From an uncultured Gaiellales bacterium (GTDB lineage: Bacteria; Actinomycetota; Thermoleophilia; RBG-16-64-13), in NCBI GenBank assembly GCA_964399135.1, contig CAYNPL010000008.1, positions 39,721 through 103,720 of the forward strand: a DNA stretch of 64,000 bases, in the 5' to 3' direction. Both the position numbers and the translations under genes were made by a program. Position 1 is the stretch's first letter. Each line of letters opens with the position of its first letter. This document shows positions 42,101 through 50,521 of this stretch, piece by piece. The notes beneath the pieces are model-generated. The model saw nothing but the letters and a program-made list of their open reading frames with translations, was not told the DNA's origin and searched no databases.

Positions 42101-42673
42101 CGACGGACCGACCCCGGCAGGCCGCACGATCACCTGCGGGTGCGGGTGGCCCAGCCCCCGCAGCCGGTCGTAGAGAGCGAACATCTGCCGGCGCAGGTCG
42201 TCACCGCGGGCGGCCATGACCTCCAATTGGGCCTCATCGGCCCGCTCCACCGCCTCCGCCCAGGCCGCACGAGAGACCTCCTCTTTGGCGATCATCGCCG
42301 CGTCGGCTTCCATGACCGAGAAGGCGGGATCGACCCCGGCCCTGAGGGGGTCCTCTCTCAGGAGGCGCCGGCACAGCCCGTGGATGGTGCCGATGGTGGC
42401 GGAATCGAGGGAACGGGCCAGGTCGGACCGGCCGCAGTCGCTCAGAGTGGCCCGGATCCGCGACGCCAGCTCGTTCCCGGCCTTGCGGGTGAAGGTGACG
42501 GCGGCCAGGCGGTCCACCGGCAGCTCGTCCTCCACCACTGCCTTGACGAAGTACGCCACCAGCAGCCGGGTCTTGCCGCTGCCCGCCCCGGCCGCGACCA
42601 GGACGCGCGGGGACGGATCGGCCAGCGCCTCGGCCTGGGCTTTGGAGAGACCAAGGCGGTCGAGACAGCTCAT
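39194..42673 (-). CDS. addA: ATP-dependent helicase/nuclease subunit A (AddA/RexA-type UvrD-like helicase with C-terminal PD-(D/E)xK nuclease). Start trimmed to MSCLDRLGL (ATGA overlap with addB).
   Basis: AGAGSGKT Walker A, UvrD helicase blocks, C-terminal nuclease region. About 200 N-terminal codons of the ORF-track ORF are Arg/Gly shadow overlapping addB. Confidence 0.8.
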   Translation of the reverse strand: MSCLDRLGLSKAQAEALADPSPRVLVAAGAGSGKTRLLVAYFVKAVVEDELPVDRLAAVTFTRKAGNELASRIRATLSDCGRSDLARSLDSATIGTIHGLCRRLLREDPLRAGVDPAFSVMEADAAMIAKEEVSRAAWAEAVERADEAQLEVMAARGDDLRRQMFALYDRLRGLGHPHPQVIVRPAGVGPSTSGETRARLLDRAGAALAAAQREGPVSSGLQKDLDRVASCIDFFLRDHQGREEEALRVSCGHFPSRTYKSMEPWFEPMRQALTEHRRALAEVRLRPLVDAVNLLLQVFDRRYTAFKEERGLLDFADLELRARALLERCTESGAAPAAFAGSWVLVDEFQDTNELQCAILEGLAPERLIMVGDERQSIYRFRGADVEVFRRRQRAMPDGVHRLDVNYRSRPEILTFINRLFSQPDFFGEEMRQLQPDRGGRRAATAPGSSDEAAPAAERPAAPAVEVLVAERPACPEEDAPIAPMQAAEAQLVGERVRRLIDEEEWDPRDIVVLLPAVTQVALYQQALVDRGIEVYVVRGKGYYSQDEIYDLGALLRLVVNPHDDLALVTVLRSPLVGMSDDGLYLIGRAARKPGAMSLWEVVREGSVPALEPADQEALGGFLQKLAVLRRRLGRPGLSWLIEEAVSACDYDLYLLSGDQGKRRFANVRKLMRMADDFESLQGPDLAGFVELLQLMEDLGDEEGNAPSLAEGENVVRVMSVHQAKGLEFPVVVLAGLGSDVPGDRAGEFMVADDGRMGVFLKDSGRDNYENGDLAWGPALEILAEARKRSYEEDVRLLYVAMTRAMERLILVGARPGRGGSESRRIGRIVAALGLGALPAAGETLVVPGVDALVTAVAPSGPELASALAEGAPSPKSVPAPVAPCFLDTSQPGAGVRQVSFSALAAYARCPRRFHLERVLGLSALFEPADEDGRQPPDPEAVVDELESGSGREVGLLVHALLERADLTSPAPRPEELRPLAQVAAVASGVGLSGEAMERALRLAAGFWRSPTWAGVARAAPGTALREVPFMFPQGEVLVTGLMDLVWEEEGVRRIADYKSNALGARTPAQAAEAYHLQADVYCLAALRAGASRVQMDLVFLERPEQPVVFACGTSDGARLEALLEAALEGLRRGRFPGLRGEACRVCPVSEPCAAMAWA

Positions 42674-45669
42674 CGCCGCTGACCTCCCCTGCGCGACCGG
42701 CAGATCGAACCCAGCCGGCACCAGGGGGCGCAGCGACGGTCGGGCCGCGGGCCGATGAGACCGGCCCGCATCCCTTCGACCGCCTTGAGGGCCACCTCCC
42801 GAGCTCCGCTCAGGACCTCCTCGAGAGCTTCCGGCGCGAGGACGCGGCAGCCGCTGAAGCCGGGGCCCAGAGCCTCCTCGAACCCGGCGACCACGACCCC
42901 CGACCGCGCGCCCTCCTTCAGGGAGAGGTAGGCTCCTCCGGCCACCGTCCGGCTTGGCCGCTCCGCGCTGAGAGCCATCATGTAGAGCGCGAGTTGCAGA
43001 CCCTCCTCCGTGCCGAACTGGGAGCTCTTGGGGATGCGGCCGCTCTTGTAGTCGTAGACGTAGATCTGGTCCCCGGCGGCAGCGCCGTCCACCCGGTCGA
43101 CGCGCCCGCGAATGCACAATCCGCCGATATCGGTCCCCGCTTGCCCGCCCACTTCGGCCTCGGTGTCGACCAGCACCAGGGAGCCACCGGCCTCCACCTC
43201 CATGGCGAAAAGAGTCCGGATCATCTGGCGCAGCCTGCACGCGATGAGACGGCGCTCGGCCACGGTCCCGGGGCATTCCTCCCCCTCGGCCAGCCGCTCG
43301 ACAACGGCGAGGGCCACGCGCTCAGCCTCTGGAGCGGACATCGCCCGCAGGGGCAGCAGCGAGGCCGCTGACAACTGCTGGTAGATCTCGCCAAGCGCCT
43401 TGTGCACTACTTGGCCGACCACCCGCTCGTCGACGACCGTCTCCAGCTCTTCGACGCCGATGACCTTCTCGACGAACCAGCGGACGGGACAGGCCAGGTA
43501 GGACTCGAGGGCGGAAGGGCTGAAGCAGGCGGCCTGCGCCAGTTCGGCCACCACCGCGGGGGAAGAGAGAGTAGTGGGCGGATGTGACCGCCGGCACGCC
43601 GCCGCCGGAAGGGAAGGCAGTCCCGCCTGCGGGTGAGGCTCCCAGCCGGCAGCGGCGCACGCGCGCAGATAGTGCCGAGGGGACGGCGCCGCGTCGAGGC
43701 TGAAGACCTGGTCGGACAGGGTGCGGCGCTCATGGTCGTCCTCACCCACGCCGAGCAGCTCCTTGGCCCTCAGCCAGAAGTACGAGGGGGCGGCGTCACC
43801 TCCCCCGTCTTCGGCGTCACGTGCGCTCAGCATGAGCACCTGCCAGGCCCGCGACACCGCGCTGAGAAAGAGGGCCGCCTCTTGGTCGGATCGGGGCGGA
43901 CAGAGCCCGTCCCCAAGCACATCCAACCGCGCTCTCTGAGCCGGCGTGAGAAGAGACGGGGGGTCGCTCCGACCCGGGAACTCGCCCTCGGTCAAGCCGA
44001 GGATGATCATGGCACTGAAACGACGGGCCCGGGCTCTATGGATGCTCAGTATCTGTACCGCATCACCTCCGCCGTCCCGGTCCCCGGGGACCGGGACCCG
44101 GCCCAGCAGACCAAGCAGCACCGGCGTGGAGACAGGCGTCTCCGCTGGGCGGCCGGCGGCCGCGCGCCCACCCCGCCGCTCCTCCCGCTCGGCCAGAGAC
44201 CGGCCGAGAGCGCGCGCCGCCTGCAGAGCCGACGCCAGGGCGCGGAACGCCCTGGCGTCGGCCTCGGCTCCGTCGCCGGCGGGACCGCCGACCCGCAGGC
44301 CCTCCACGAGCATACGACCGGCCAACACGACCGCCCCTTCGAGATCGACAGACGCGCCTGTCGGGCCGGGATGGACGGCGCTCCACAGGAAGTCCATGGC
44401 GCCGGGGCAGACCCCATCGGCCCAGTGGGCCAAGGCCTGGACGCCTTTCTCCCTTCCCCGCCGGTAGCGGAGCTCGAGATCGCAGGCCTGGTCGGGGTCC
44501 AGCCCACTGTACGGGCTCCGGAGGTAGGCCAGAACCGCGCCGGGGTCGTCTCCGGCCACCCCTTTGACTCCGCTGAGGAAGGCATGGCCGAGTCCGGACT
44601 CGGCCAGGGCGACCCGATGGTCGATGCGGTACGGGATGCCGCAGGACGTGAACACGTCACCGAGAAGCCGGCTCCACTGCGACACCTGGCGGACCACCAC
44701 CGCGATGTCACCGGGGACGAACCCCTGGCGGATGAGCCCTGCCACCTGGATGGCGGCCAGCTCGGCTTCGTTCCGCCGGCCCGAGGCCAGCAGAAATCGC
44801 ACGCCCTCGGCGCCGCTCCAAGCGGCCGGGAAGGGCGGTGTAGGGGGCGAGTCGTCCAAGAAGTGCCGCTCGAGATGAGCGATCGCCGGTGAGGAGTATG
44901 CGAGCGCCCGCGGGGTCGCCTCTTCTACCTGATCGGCCAGGGACTCCCAGGCCGCGCACTCGGCCGCGGTCACCAGGTCGACGCTGCGGGTGCGGTCGCG
45001 GGAGAGGGTCAGCAACACCTCCGCCCGCCCAGCCAACGCGGCGACCAGCGCCCTCTGTCCGGGAGTGAACGAGGTGAAGCCGTAGAGGACCACCGGGCGC
45101 GTCCAGCCGGCGGCGGCGGCCACAGCCGCCTGCAGCGCTCCAGAATGGTCGGCCAACCCCAGCTCGCGGCACAGGCCCGCGTAGGCGCCCACGAGGTCCC
45201 TGAGGTCCGCGGCCAGATCGGCGGCGTCGGACTCGGTCGCCCCCCACCGTTCGAGCACGCCGGACACCTCCTCTGGCGACCGGCCGCTCTCGGCCCACTC
45301 CTCCAACAGCCGGCCGGCGGCCGCAGCGACGCCGGGTAGACCCGGAGCGAGCCCCCTCGACGGGGCCGGCACCTCCTCGAGCAGCCTGGCCACCAAGATG
45401 GACCGCTCCAACTCGGTGACATACCGGGGAGAACCACCCAGAATGAGGCGGACCAGACCGTCGAACGTCACCGCCGGAGGCGGACCCAGCAAGGCCCCGG
45501 CCCGGCGGACCATCTCCCCAGTGAGGGCCTGGGCGTCGGCGATGGTGGGGGCGACCACCACCGGCCGCGCCGCCAGCCGGCCCGCCCACCAATCGAGAGC
45601 GCGCCCCATCTTGCCCGAGTTGGCGGGCCCTATGACCAGGGTGAGACCGGTGCCGGGGGCTGCGCTCAT
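42670..45669 (-). CDS. addB: ATP-dependent helicase/nuclease subunit B (AddB-type, degenerate helicase + nuclease with C-terminal Cys cluster)
   Basis: GPANSGKM P-loop at the N-terminus and a C-terminal cysteine cluster (RRCAPWCRLGSICRSRR) as in Fe-S AddB nuclease domains. 999 aa. Confidence 0.72.
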   Translation of the reverse strand: MSAAPGTGLTLVIGPANSGKMGRALDWWAGRLAARPVVVAPTIADAQALTGEMVRRAGALLGPPPAVTFDGLVRLILGGSPRYVTELERSILVARLLEEVPAPSRGLAPGLPGVAAAAGRLLEEWAESGRSPEEVSGVLERWGATESDAADLAADLRDLVGAYAGLCRELGLADHSGALQAAVAAAAGWTRPVVLYGFTSFTPGQRALVAALAGRAEVLLTLSRDRTRSVDLVTAAECAAWESLADQVEEATPRALAYSSPAIAHLERHFLDDSPPTPPFPAAWSGAEGVRFLLASGRRNEAELAAIQVAGLIRQGFVPGDIAVVVRQVSQWSRLLGDVFTSCGIPYRIDHRVALAESGLGHAFLSGVKGVAGDDPGAVLAYLRSPYSGLDPDQACDLELRYRRGREKGVQALAHWADGVCPGAMDFLWSAVHPGPTGASVDLEGAVVLAGRMLVEGLRVGGPAGDGAEADARAFRALASALQAARALGRSLAEREERRGGRAAAGRPAETPVSTPVLLGLLGRVPVPGDRDGGGDAVQILSIHRARARRFSAMIILGLTEGEFPGRSDPPSLLTPAQRARLDVLGDGLCPPRSDQEAALFLSAVSRAWQVLMLSARDAEDGGGDAAPSYFWLRAKELLGVGEDDHERRTLSDQVFSLDAAPSPRHYLRACAAAGWEPHPQAGLPSLPAAACRRSHPPTTLSSPAVVAELAQAACFSPSALESYLACPVRWFVEKVIGVEELETVVDERVVGQVVHKALGEIYQQLSAASLLPLRAMSAPEAERVALAVVERLAEGEECPGTVAERRLIACRLRQMIRTLFAMEVEAGGSLVLVDTEAEVGGQAGTDIGGLCIRGRVDRVDGAAAGDQIYVYDYKSGRIPKSSQFGTEEGLQLALYMMALSAERPSRTVAGGAYLSLKEGARSGVVVAGFEEALGPGFSGCRVLAPEALEEVLSGAREVALKAVEGMRAGLIGPRPDRRCAPWCRLGSICRSRRGGQRR

Positions 45670-45678
45670 GTCAGGGTC

Positions 45679-45700
45679 ATTGTAGTGTCCGGGCCGGACA
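45679..45700 (-). promoter_or_regulatory. palindrome TGTCCGG-C-CCGGACA fused to a TACAAT -10, 9 nt upstream of the addB ATG; RecA-NDp-like motif
   Basis: Minus-strand reading: TGTCCGGC-CCGGACAC-TACAAT-GACCCTGAC-ATG. This fits the published mycobacterial PafBC-dependent motif tTGTCRgtg-N8-TAnnnT in spacing (established knowledge). The first 15 nt form a perfect 7-1-7 inverted repeat. Confidence 0.4.
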
Positions 45701-45751
45701 GGTGCCCCGCTGTTGCTGACCGCAGCCCCGGTTGTGCGCTAGTCTTACCCC

Positions 45752-47884
45752 ATGAGTCGAGACGAAGAGAAGCTGGTGCGCCAGTTGTCGCTCCTGTCCT
45801 TCCTCCTCAGCCGGCCCCGTCCGTTCACGGCGCGTGAGGTCCAGGAGTCGGTGGAGGGATATGCCGGTATGAGCGACGACACCTTCACCCGCCGCTTCTA
45901 CGCCGACAGGGCGGACCTGGCCAAGGCGGGCATCGAGATCCGGGTCGTGGGCGGTCCGGAGACCTTCGGGCCGTCCGAGACCCAGTCTTTCCTCCTGGGC
46001 GAGGAGGACTTCCATCTCCCCCAGGTCGACTTCACCCCGGCCGAGCTGCAGGCACTGACGCTCGCACTCGCCGCGCTGGACGGCCGTTTCGCCTACGCCA
46101 GACCTCTGAGGCTGGCCCTCACCGCCATCTCTCACGGCCGCAAGGACCGGGTCCACGATGAACTCGACCTGCTCCCGGTCGCCCTGGCGCCCGATGAGGA
46201 CGCCCGCCGGGCAGGCAGGCAGTTGGCCCACCTGGAGAACGCCGTGGCCAGGGGCCGGACGGTCCGCTTCCTCTACCCCACCGCTCAGGACGCCGCCGCC
46301 CACGAAGAGCGAACGGTGGACCCTTACAGCCTCCTCCTTATCCAGGGGCACTGGTACGTGGTGGGACGCGACCACACCCGCGACGCCATCCGCACCTTCC
46401 GGGTGACCCGGATCAAAGGACAGGTGCGCTATCTGACGGAGAAGGTCCGGGATTTCTCCATCCCCGAAGACTACGATCCCGCCGCGTACCGAGCCAGACC
46501 GCCCTGGTTGCTGGGGCCCGTCCGGGGAACGGCGGTGCTCACTGTGGGGGACGATCTGGCCTGGCTGGTCGAACGGCTCGGCCCCCATGTGGAGGCGCTC
46601 GCGGAGGGGGACGCCGGGTGTGCCCGGTTCGCCGTCCCCTATGCCGACGAGAGGGTGCTGCTCTCGTGGGTGGCCGGACTGGGGGGCTGCGCCAGCCTGG
46701 CCGCTCCCGCCGAGCTGCGAGACAGGCTGCGCGAGGGGCTGCTGGAAGTGGCTCTCCTACACACGGGCGTGCCGGAGACCGTAGAAGCCGCGCCGGCGCT
46801 TACCGAGGCCGCCGGAGCCGGGACTCCCCGCCCGGGTCGGGCGGCCGCGGGGGATGCTCCCATCCCGGCCGGCGCTGGAGCCTCGGAGCCCATCGCTCCC
46901 GAGCGGCTGGCCCGGGCGATAGCCCTCCTCCATTACCTGCTCGACGCGCAGACACCCGATGTCGTGCCCTGGGAGGCGGTGAGCCGGGACCTCGGTCTCA
47001 CCCGGGGCGAAGTGGAGGAAGACCTGTCTCTCTTCAACGTGGTCAACTTCGGGGGCGGTACCTACGCCCTCTACGCCGAGGCGACCGAGAAGGGCATCCA
47101 CGTCATTCCCGACGTGATGGCCGACACCTTCGCCCGCCCGGCCAGGCTGTCCCCTCTCATGGCCCGCGCTCTTCTTCTCGCCCTCGACCTTATTGGCGGG
47201 GGCCTGGCCGTCCCCGGCCTCGAGTCTCTGGCTTCGGTGCGCGCCAAGGTGGAGGCCCTGGTCGGTCCCGCTGCCTCCTCCGCCCCGGTCATCCTCGACG
47301 ACCTCTCCCCCGCCGACCCGGCGCTCCTCGAGACTCTGAACCAGGCCATCCAAAGCCGCCGCGTCGTCACGCTCGAGTACTTCACCGCCTCCCGCCAGGA
47401 ATTGGCCGAGAGACCGGTGGAGCCGTATCTGCTCTTTCGCAACCCCGACGGCTGGTATCTGGAGGCTTACTGCCTCCTGGCTCGGGGCCAGCGGACGTTC
47501 AAACTCGAACGGATACGCTCGGCCCGCCCGACCGACGCCGAGTTCACACCCCGGGCCGAAGTCGACCTCACCCCCAGGAGAGGCGGCCGCGCCTTTCTGC
47601 CCGGTGAGACGGCCAGATGGGCTACGGTCAGGTTCCATCCGCGCTGGCGCCGCCATCTGGAAGAGCAGGGAGTGGAGCTCATGCCTCTGCCCGATGGGGC
47701 GCTGCGGGCCCACATCCCTTACGCCGACGAGGGTTGGCTGGCCCAGGAGATCATCCGCTACCTGGGAGACGCGGTCGTCGAACAGCCGCTTTCGGCCCGG
47801 GACCGGGTGCGGGAGCGGGCGGCGGCCCTCGCCGCTCGCTATGAAGGCGAGCGGGGCCCATCCGGCCCGGGAGGCCCCGCGTGA
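45752..47884 (+). CDS. fused PafB-PafC-like transcriptional regulator (two tandem HTH-WYL-WCX modules)
   Basis: Two repeats of HTH + WYL domain (QGHWYVVGRDHTRDAIRTFRVTRI and PDGWYLEAYCLLARGQRTFKLERI). 710 aa. Divergent from addB. Confidence 0.8.
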   Translation: MSRDEEKLVRQLSLLSFLLSRPRPFTAREVQESVEGYAGMSDDTFTRRFYADRADLAKAGIEIRVVGGPETFGPSETQSFLLGEEDFHLPQVDFTPAELQALTLALAALDGRFAYARPLRLALTAISHGRKDRVHDELDLLPVALAPDEDARRAGRQLAHLENAVARGRTVRFLYPTAQDAAAHEERTVDPYSLLLIQGHWYVVGRDHTRDAIRTFRVTRIKGQVRYLTEKVRDFSIPEDYDPAAYRARPPWLLGPVRGTAVLTVGDDLAWLVERLGPHVEALAEGDAGCARFAVPYADERVLLSWVAGLGGCASLAAPAELRDRLREGLLEVALLHTGVPETVEAAPALTEAAGAGTPRPGRAAAGDAPIPAGAGASEPIAPERLARAIALLHYLLDAQTPDVVPWEAVSRDLGLTRGEVEEDLSLFNVVNFGGGTYALYAEATEKGIHVIPDVMADTFARPARLSPLMARALLLALDLIGGGLAVPGLESLASVRAKVEALVGPAASSAPVILDDLSPADPALLETLNQAIQSRRVVTLEYFTASRQELAERPVEPYLLFRNPDGWYLEAYCLLARGQRTFKLERIRSARPTDAEFTPRAEVDLTPRRGGRAFLPGETARWATVRFHPRWRRHLEEQGVELMPLPDGALRAHIPYADEGWLAQEIIRYLGDAVVEQPLSARDRVRERAAALAARYEGERGPSGPGGPA

Positions 47885-48306
47885 GGTTCCTCGCCCGCTG
47901 GCTGGCCGACGGCCTGGCCATCTATCTCGGCCTCTATCTGGTGGACTCGCTCCTGCAACAGCGCTTCCACCTGGATGCCGGCTATCCCGCCATCCTGGCC
48001 GCTCTGTTCCTCGGGCTGATAGACAGCTTCATCCGCCCCCTCCACCGGGCCCGTAGCCGGCCCCTGCAGGCCGGCCTGGTCGCCCTTCTCACCGTGTTGG
48101 TGAACTTCCTCTTTCTCCAGATCTTCGTCTGGACAGGAGCCGGGCTTTCCACCACGAGCACCGCCTGGGTCCTACTGGCCGCCGCATTCATCACCGTGCT
48201 CACGGGCGTGATCAACTGGCTGATCGGTTTCCCGTCCAAGGAGAGACCACGCCCTTCGCTCAGGGTGGGCGCCGACAAGGCGTCCGGCTCGCGAAAGGCT
48301 AGTTGA
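47881..48306 (+). CDS. DUF360 / phage-holin-family (Phage_holin_4_2-like) 4-TM membrane protein
   Basis: MRFLARWLADGLAIYLGLYLV... with four hydrophobic helices. Start overlaps the pafBC stop. Its 3' end overlaps the convergent pilT by 8 nt. Confidence 0.55.
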   Translation: MRFLARWLADGLAIYLGLYLVDSLLQQRFHLDAGYPAILAALFLGLIDSFIRPLHRARSRPLQAGLVALLTVLVNFLFLQIFVWTGAGLSTTSTAWVLLAAAFITVLTGVINWLIGFPSKERPRPSLRVGADKASGSRKAS

Positions 48307-49405
48307 GTATCGGGATCTCGTGCCCGTGCGACTGGACCAGCAGGCGGAAGTCGTGGGGGCTGCTGGCCACCAGCTGGGCGTCTGAGAGCGATACCAGGCC
48401 ACGCTCGAAAAGGTCCAGCAGACTCTGGTCGAAGGTCTGCATGCCGTAGAACTCACCCTCCTGCAGGGCGGTGGTGATGTTGTGGGTCTGGCCGGGATCG
48501 AGGATCATGTCCCGGATGCGGCCGGTCATGACCATCACCTCCACGGCCGGCACCCTTCCCCTACCGTCGGCCCGCACCAGCAGCCGCTGGGAGATGATGC
48601 CTCGCAGCGAGCCGGCCAACATGATGCGGACCTGCTTCTGCTGATAGAGGGGGAAGAAGTCGATGATGCGGTTGACCGTCTCGGCCACATCGATGGTGTG
48701 CAGGGTGCTGAGCACGAAATGGCCGGTCTGGGCGGCCGTCAGCGCCGTGCGGACCGTCTCCTGGTCGCGCATCTCGCCGATGAGGATGATGTCGGGGTCC
48801 TGGCGCAGCACGTACTTGAGGGCGGTGGCGTAGTTCTCGGTGTCCAGGCCGATCTCACGCTGGTTGATGATGCACTTGTTGTCCTTGTGCATGATCTCGA
48901 TGGGATCCTCGATGGTGACCACGTGCCGGCGCAGGTTCTGGTTGATGTGGTCGATCATGGAGGCGAGAGTCGTGGTCTTGCCCGAACCGGTGGTGCCGGT
49001 GACGAGCACCATGCCCCGCGGCTCGAGAGCAAGCTTGCGCACTACCGGGGGGAGGTTCAATTCGGCGAAGTCGGGCACACGCGTGACCACCTGCCGCATG
49101 GCGATGGAGATGGTGCCGCGCTGCCGGTAGATGTTCACCCGGTAACGCCCGATGCTGGGGGCGTTGTAGGCGAAGTCGATCTCGTTGGTCTCGCTGAACC
49201 TCCGGATCTGCTTCTCGCTCATCAGCGAGGCGGCGTAGTCTTTGGTGTCCTCGGGGGTGCAGGCAGGTTCAGGCAGTTCGGAGAGCTCACCGTCCACCCG
49301 GATCATGGGGGGGCTGCCCACCTTGAGGTGAAGGTCGGAGGCCCCCGCGTCCCTCACCTGGACCAGAAGTTCGTCGATGTTCTTCATCAAACCCTCCAGA
49401 CCCAC
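48299..49405 (-). CDS. pilT: PilT-family type IV pilus retraction ATPase homologue (orphan)
   Basis: Walker A GTTGSGKTTT, Asp box, Walker B DPDIILIGEMRD, PilT-specific AIRNLIRE-like region (TALQEGEFYGMQTFDQSL). No other pilus genes are in the window. Confidence 0.85.
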   Translation of the reverse strand: MGLEGLMKNIDELLVQVRDAGASDLHLKVGSPPMIRVDGELSELPEPACTPEDTKDYAASLMSEKQIRRFSETNEIDFAYNAPSIGRYRVNIYRQRGTISIAMRQVVTRVPDFAELNLPPVVRKLALEPRGMVLVTGTTGSGKTTTLASMIDHINQNLRRHVVTIEDPIEIMHKDNKCIINQREIGLDTENYATALKYVLRQDPDIILIGEMRDQETVRTALTAAQTGHFVLSTLHTIDVAETVNRIIDFFPLYQQKQVRIMLAGSLRGIISQRLLVRADGRGRVPAVEVMVMTGRIRDMILDPGQTHNITTALQEGEFYGMQTFDQSLLDLFERGLVSLSDAQLVASSPHDFRLLVQSHGHEIPILN

Positions 49406-49477
49406 GCGGGCCTGTTCGAGCCGTTCCTCCTCATTTCTTGTCGGAGGAATGGGCCCGGGACTTGAGGGGATGAGAGG

Positions 49478-50500
49478 CTAGAGCGCCCCCGGCCAGAAAG
49501 GTTTGAGCTCTTCCAGGGTCTCGCGCACGTCGGCCCGCTCGTCGGCGGTCACCGGGGGTTCGAACCCGGGGGCGTCCCCCTCCAGTCCACGCAGGGTGGC
49601 GACGATCGAGGCGGCCAGCAGGTCGGGGCGGTAGCCGCCCTCCAGGAAGCACAGGGGTCCGGCGGCACCAAGCTCGTCGGCGAGCGAGGCCAGGCGCGCC
49701 GCCATCCACTGGTAGGCGCTCTGCGAGAAGCGAAGTCCACCCAGCGGATCGCCGGCCTGGGCGTCATACCCAGCTGAGACCAGGATCAACTGGGGCTTGA
49801 AGGCCGCGGCGAGCGGCGACACCAGCGAATCGAAGATCTGGCGGACGGCGCCGTCGCCGTCGCCCGGCTGCAAAGGCACGTTGACCGTGTAGCCGGCCCC
49901 GGCCTCGACCCCCACCTCCCGGGCTCTGCCTGTCCCCGGGTAGTGCCCGGCCTGATGCGAACTGAGGAACAGCACACGAGGATCGGAATAGAAGGCGGCT
50001 TGGGTGCCGTTGCCGTGGTGAACGTCCCAGTCCACTATCAGCACCCGCTCCTGCCCTCTCGCCTCCAGGGCATGGGCGGCCGCCACCGCGATGTTGTTGA
50101 AGAGGCAGAAGCCCATCCCCCTGCCGGGCATGGCGTGGTGTCCCGGAGGTCGGACGAGCATGAACGAGCGCGTGCCGGTCTCCAAGGCCCGGTCGACCGC
50201 CATCAGGCCCGCCCCCGCCGCCACAAGAGCGGCCTCGTACGACTGCGGCGAGACCGCGGTGTCCCAATCAAGCCAGCCTCCGCCGGCGGCCGCCAGGTCC
50301 CGCACCGAATCGATGTAATCCACCTGGTGGATGCGGGCGACCGCCGCCTCCGTAGCCGGCTCGGGGGTCACCCAGTCGACCTGCAGACCGCTTTGGCTGA
50401 TGGCCTCCCGCGCCGCCAGCACACGCCGCTTGTTTTCGACGTGCTCCCCGGTCTCATGCTCGAGGAAGAGCGGATGGTAGAAGACGGCGAGGGGCGGCAT
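49478..50500 (-). CDS. histone-deacetylase-family protein (AcuC / acetylpolyamine amidohydrolase-like)
   Basis: Arginase/deacetylase fold motifs (DWDVHHGNGTQ, GGYxxD region GGYRPD). Confidence 0.85.
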   Translation of the reverse strand: MPPLAVFYHPLFLEHETGEHVENKRRVLAAREAISQSGLQVDWVTPEPATEAAVARIHQVDYIDSVRDLAAAGGGWLDWDTAVSPQSYEAALVAAGAGLMAVDRALETGTRSFMLVRPPGHHAMPGRGMGFCLFNNIAVAAAHALEARGQERVLIVDWDVHHGNGTQAAFYSDPRVLFLSSHQAGHYPGTGRAREVGVEAGAGYTVNVPLQPGDGDGAVRQIFDSLVSPLAAAFKPQLILVSAGYDAQAGDPLGGLRFSQSAYQWMAARLASLADELGAAGPLCFLEGGYRPDLLAASIVATLRGLEGDAPGFEPPVTADERADVRETLEELKPFWPGAL

Positions 50501-50521
50501 CGGCAGCGGCTGGCGACCAGG

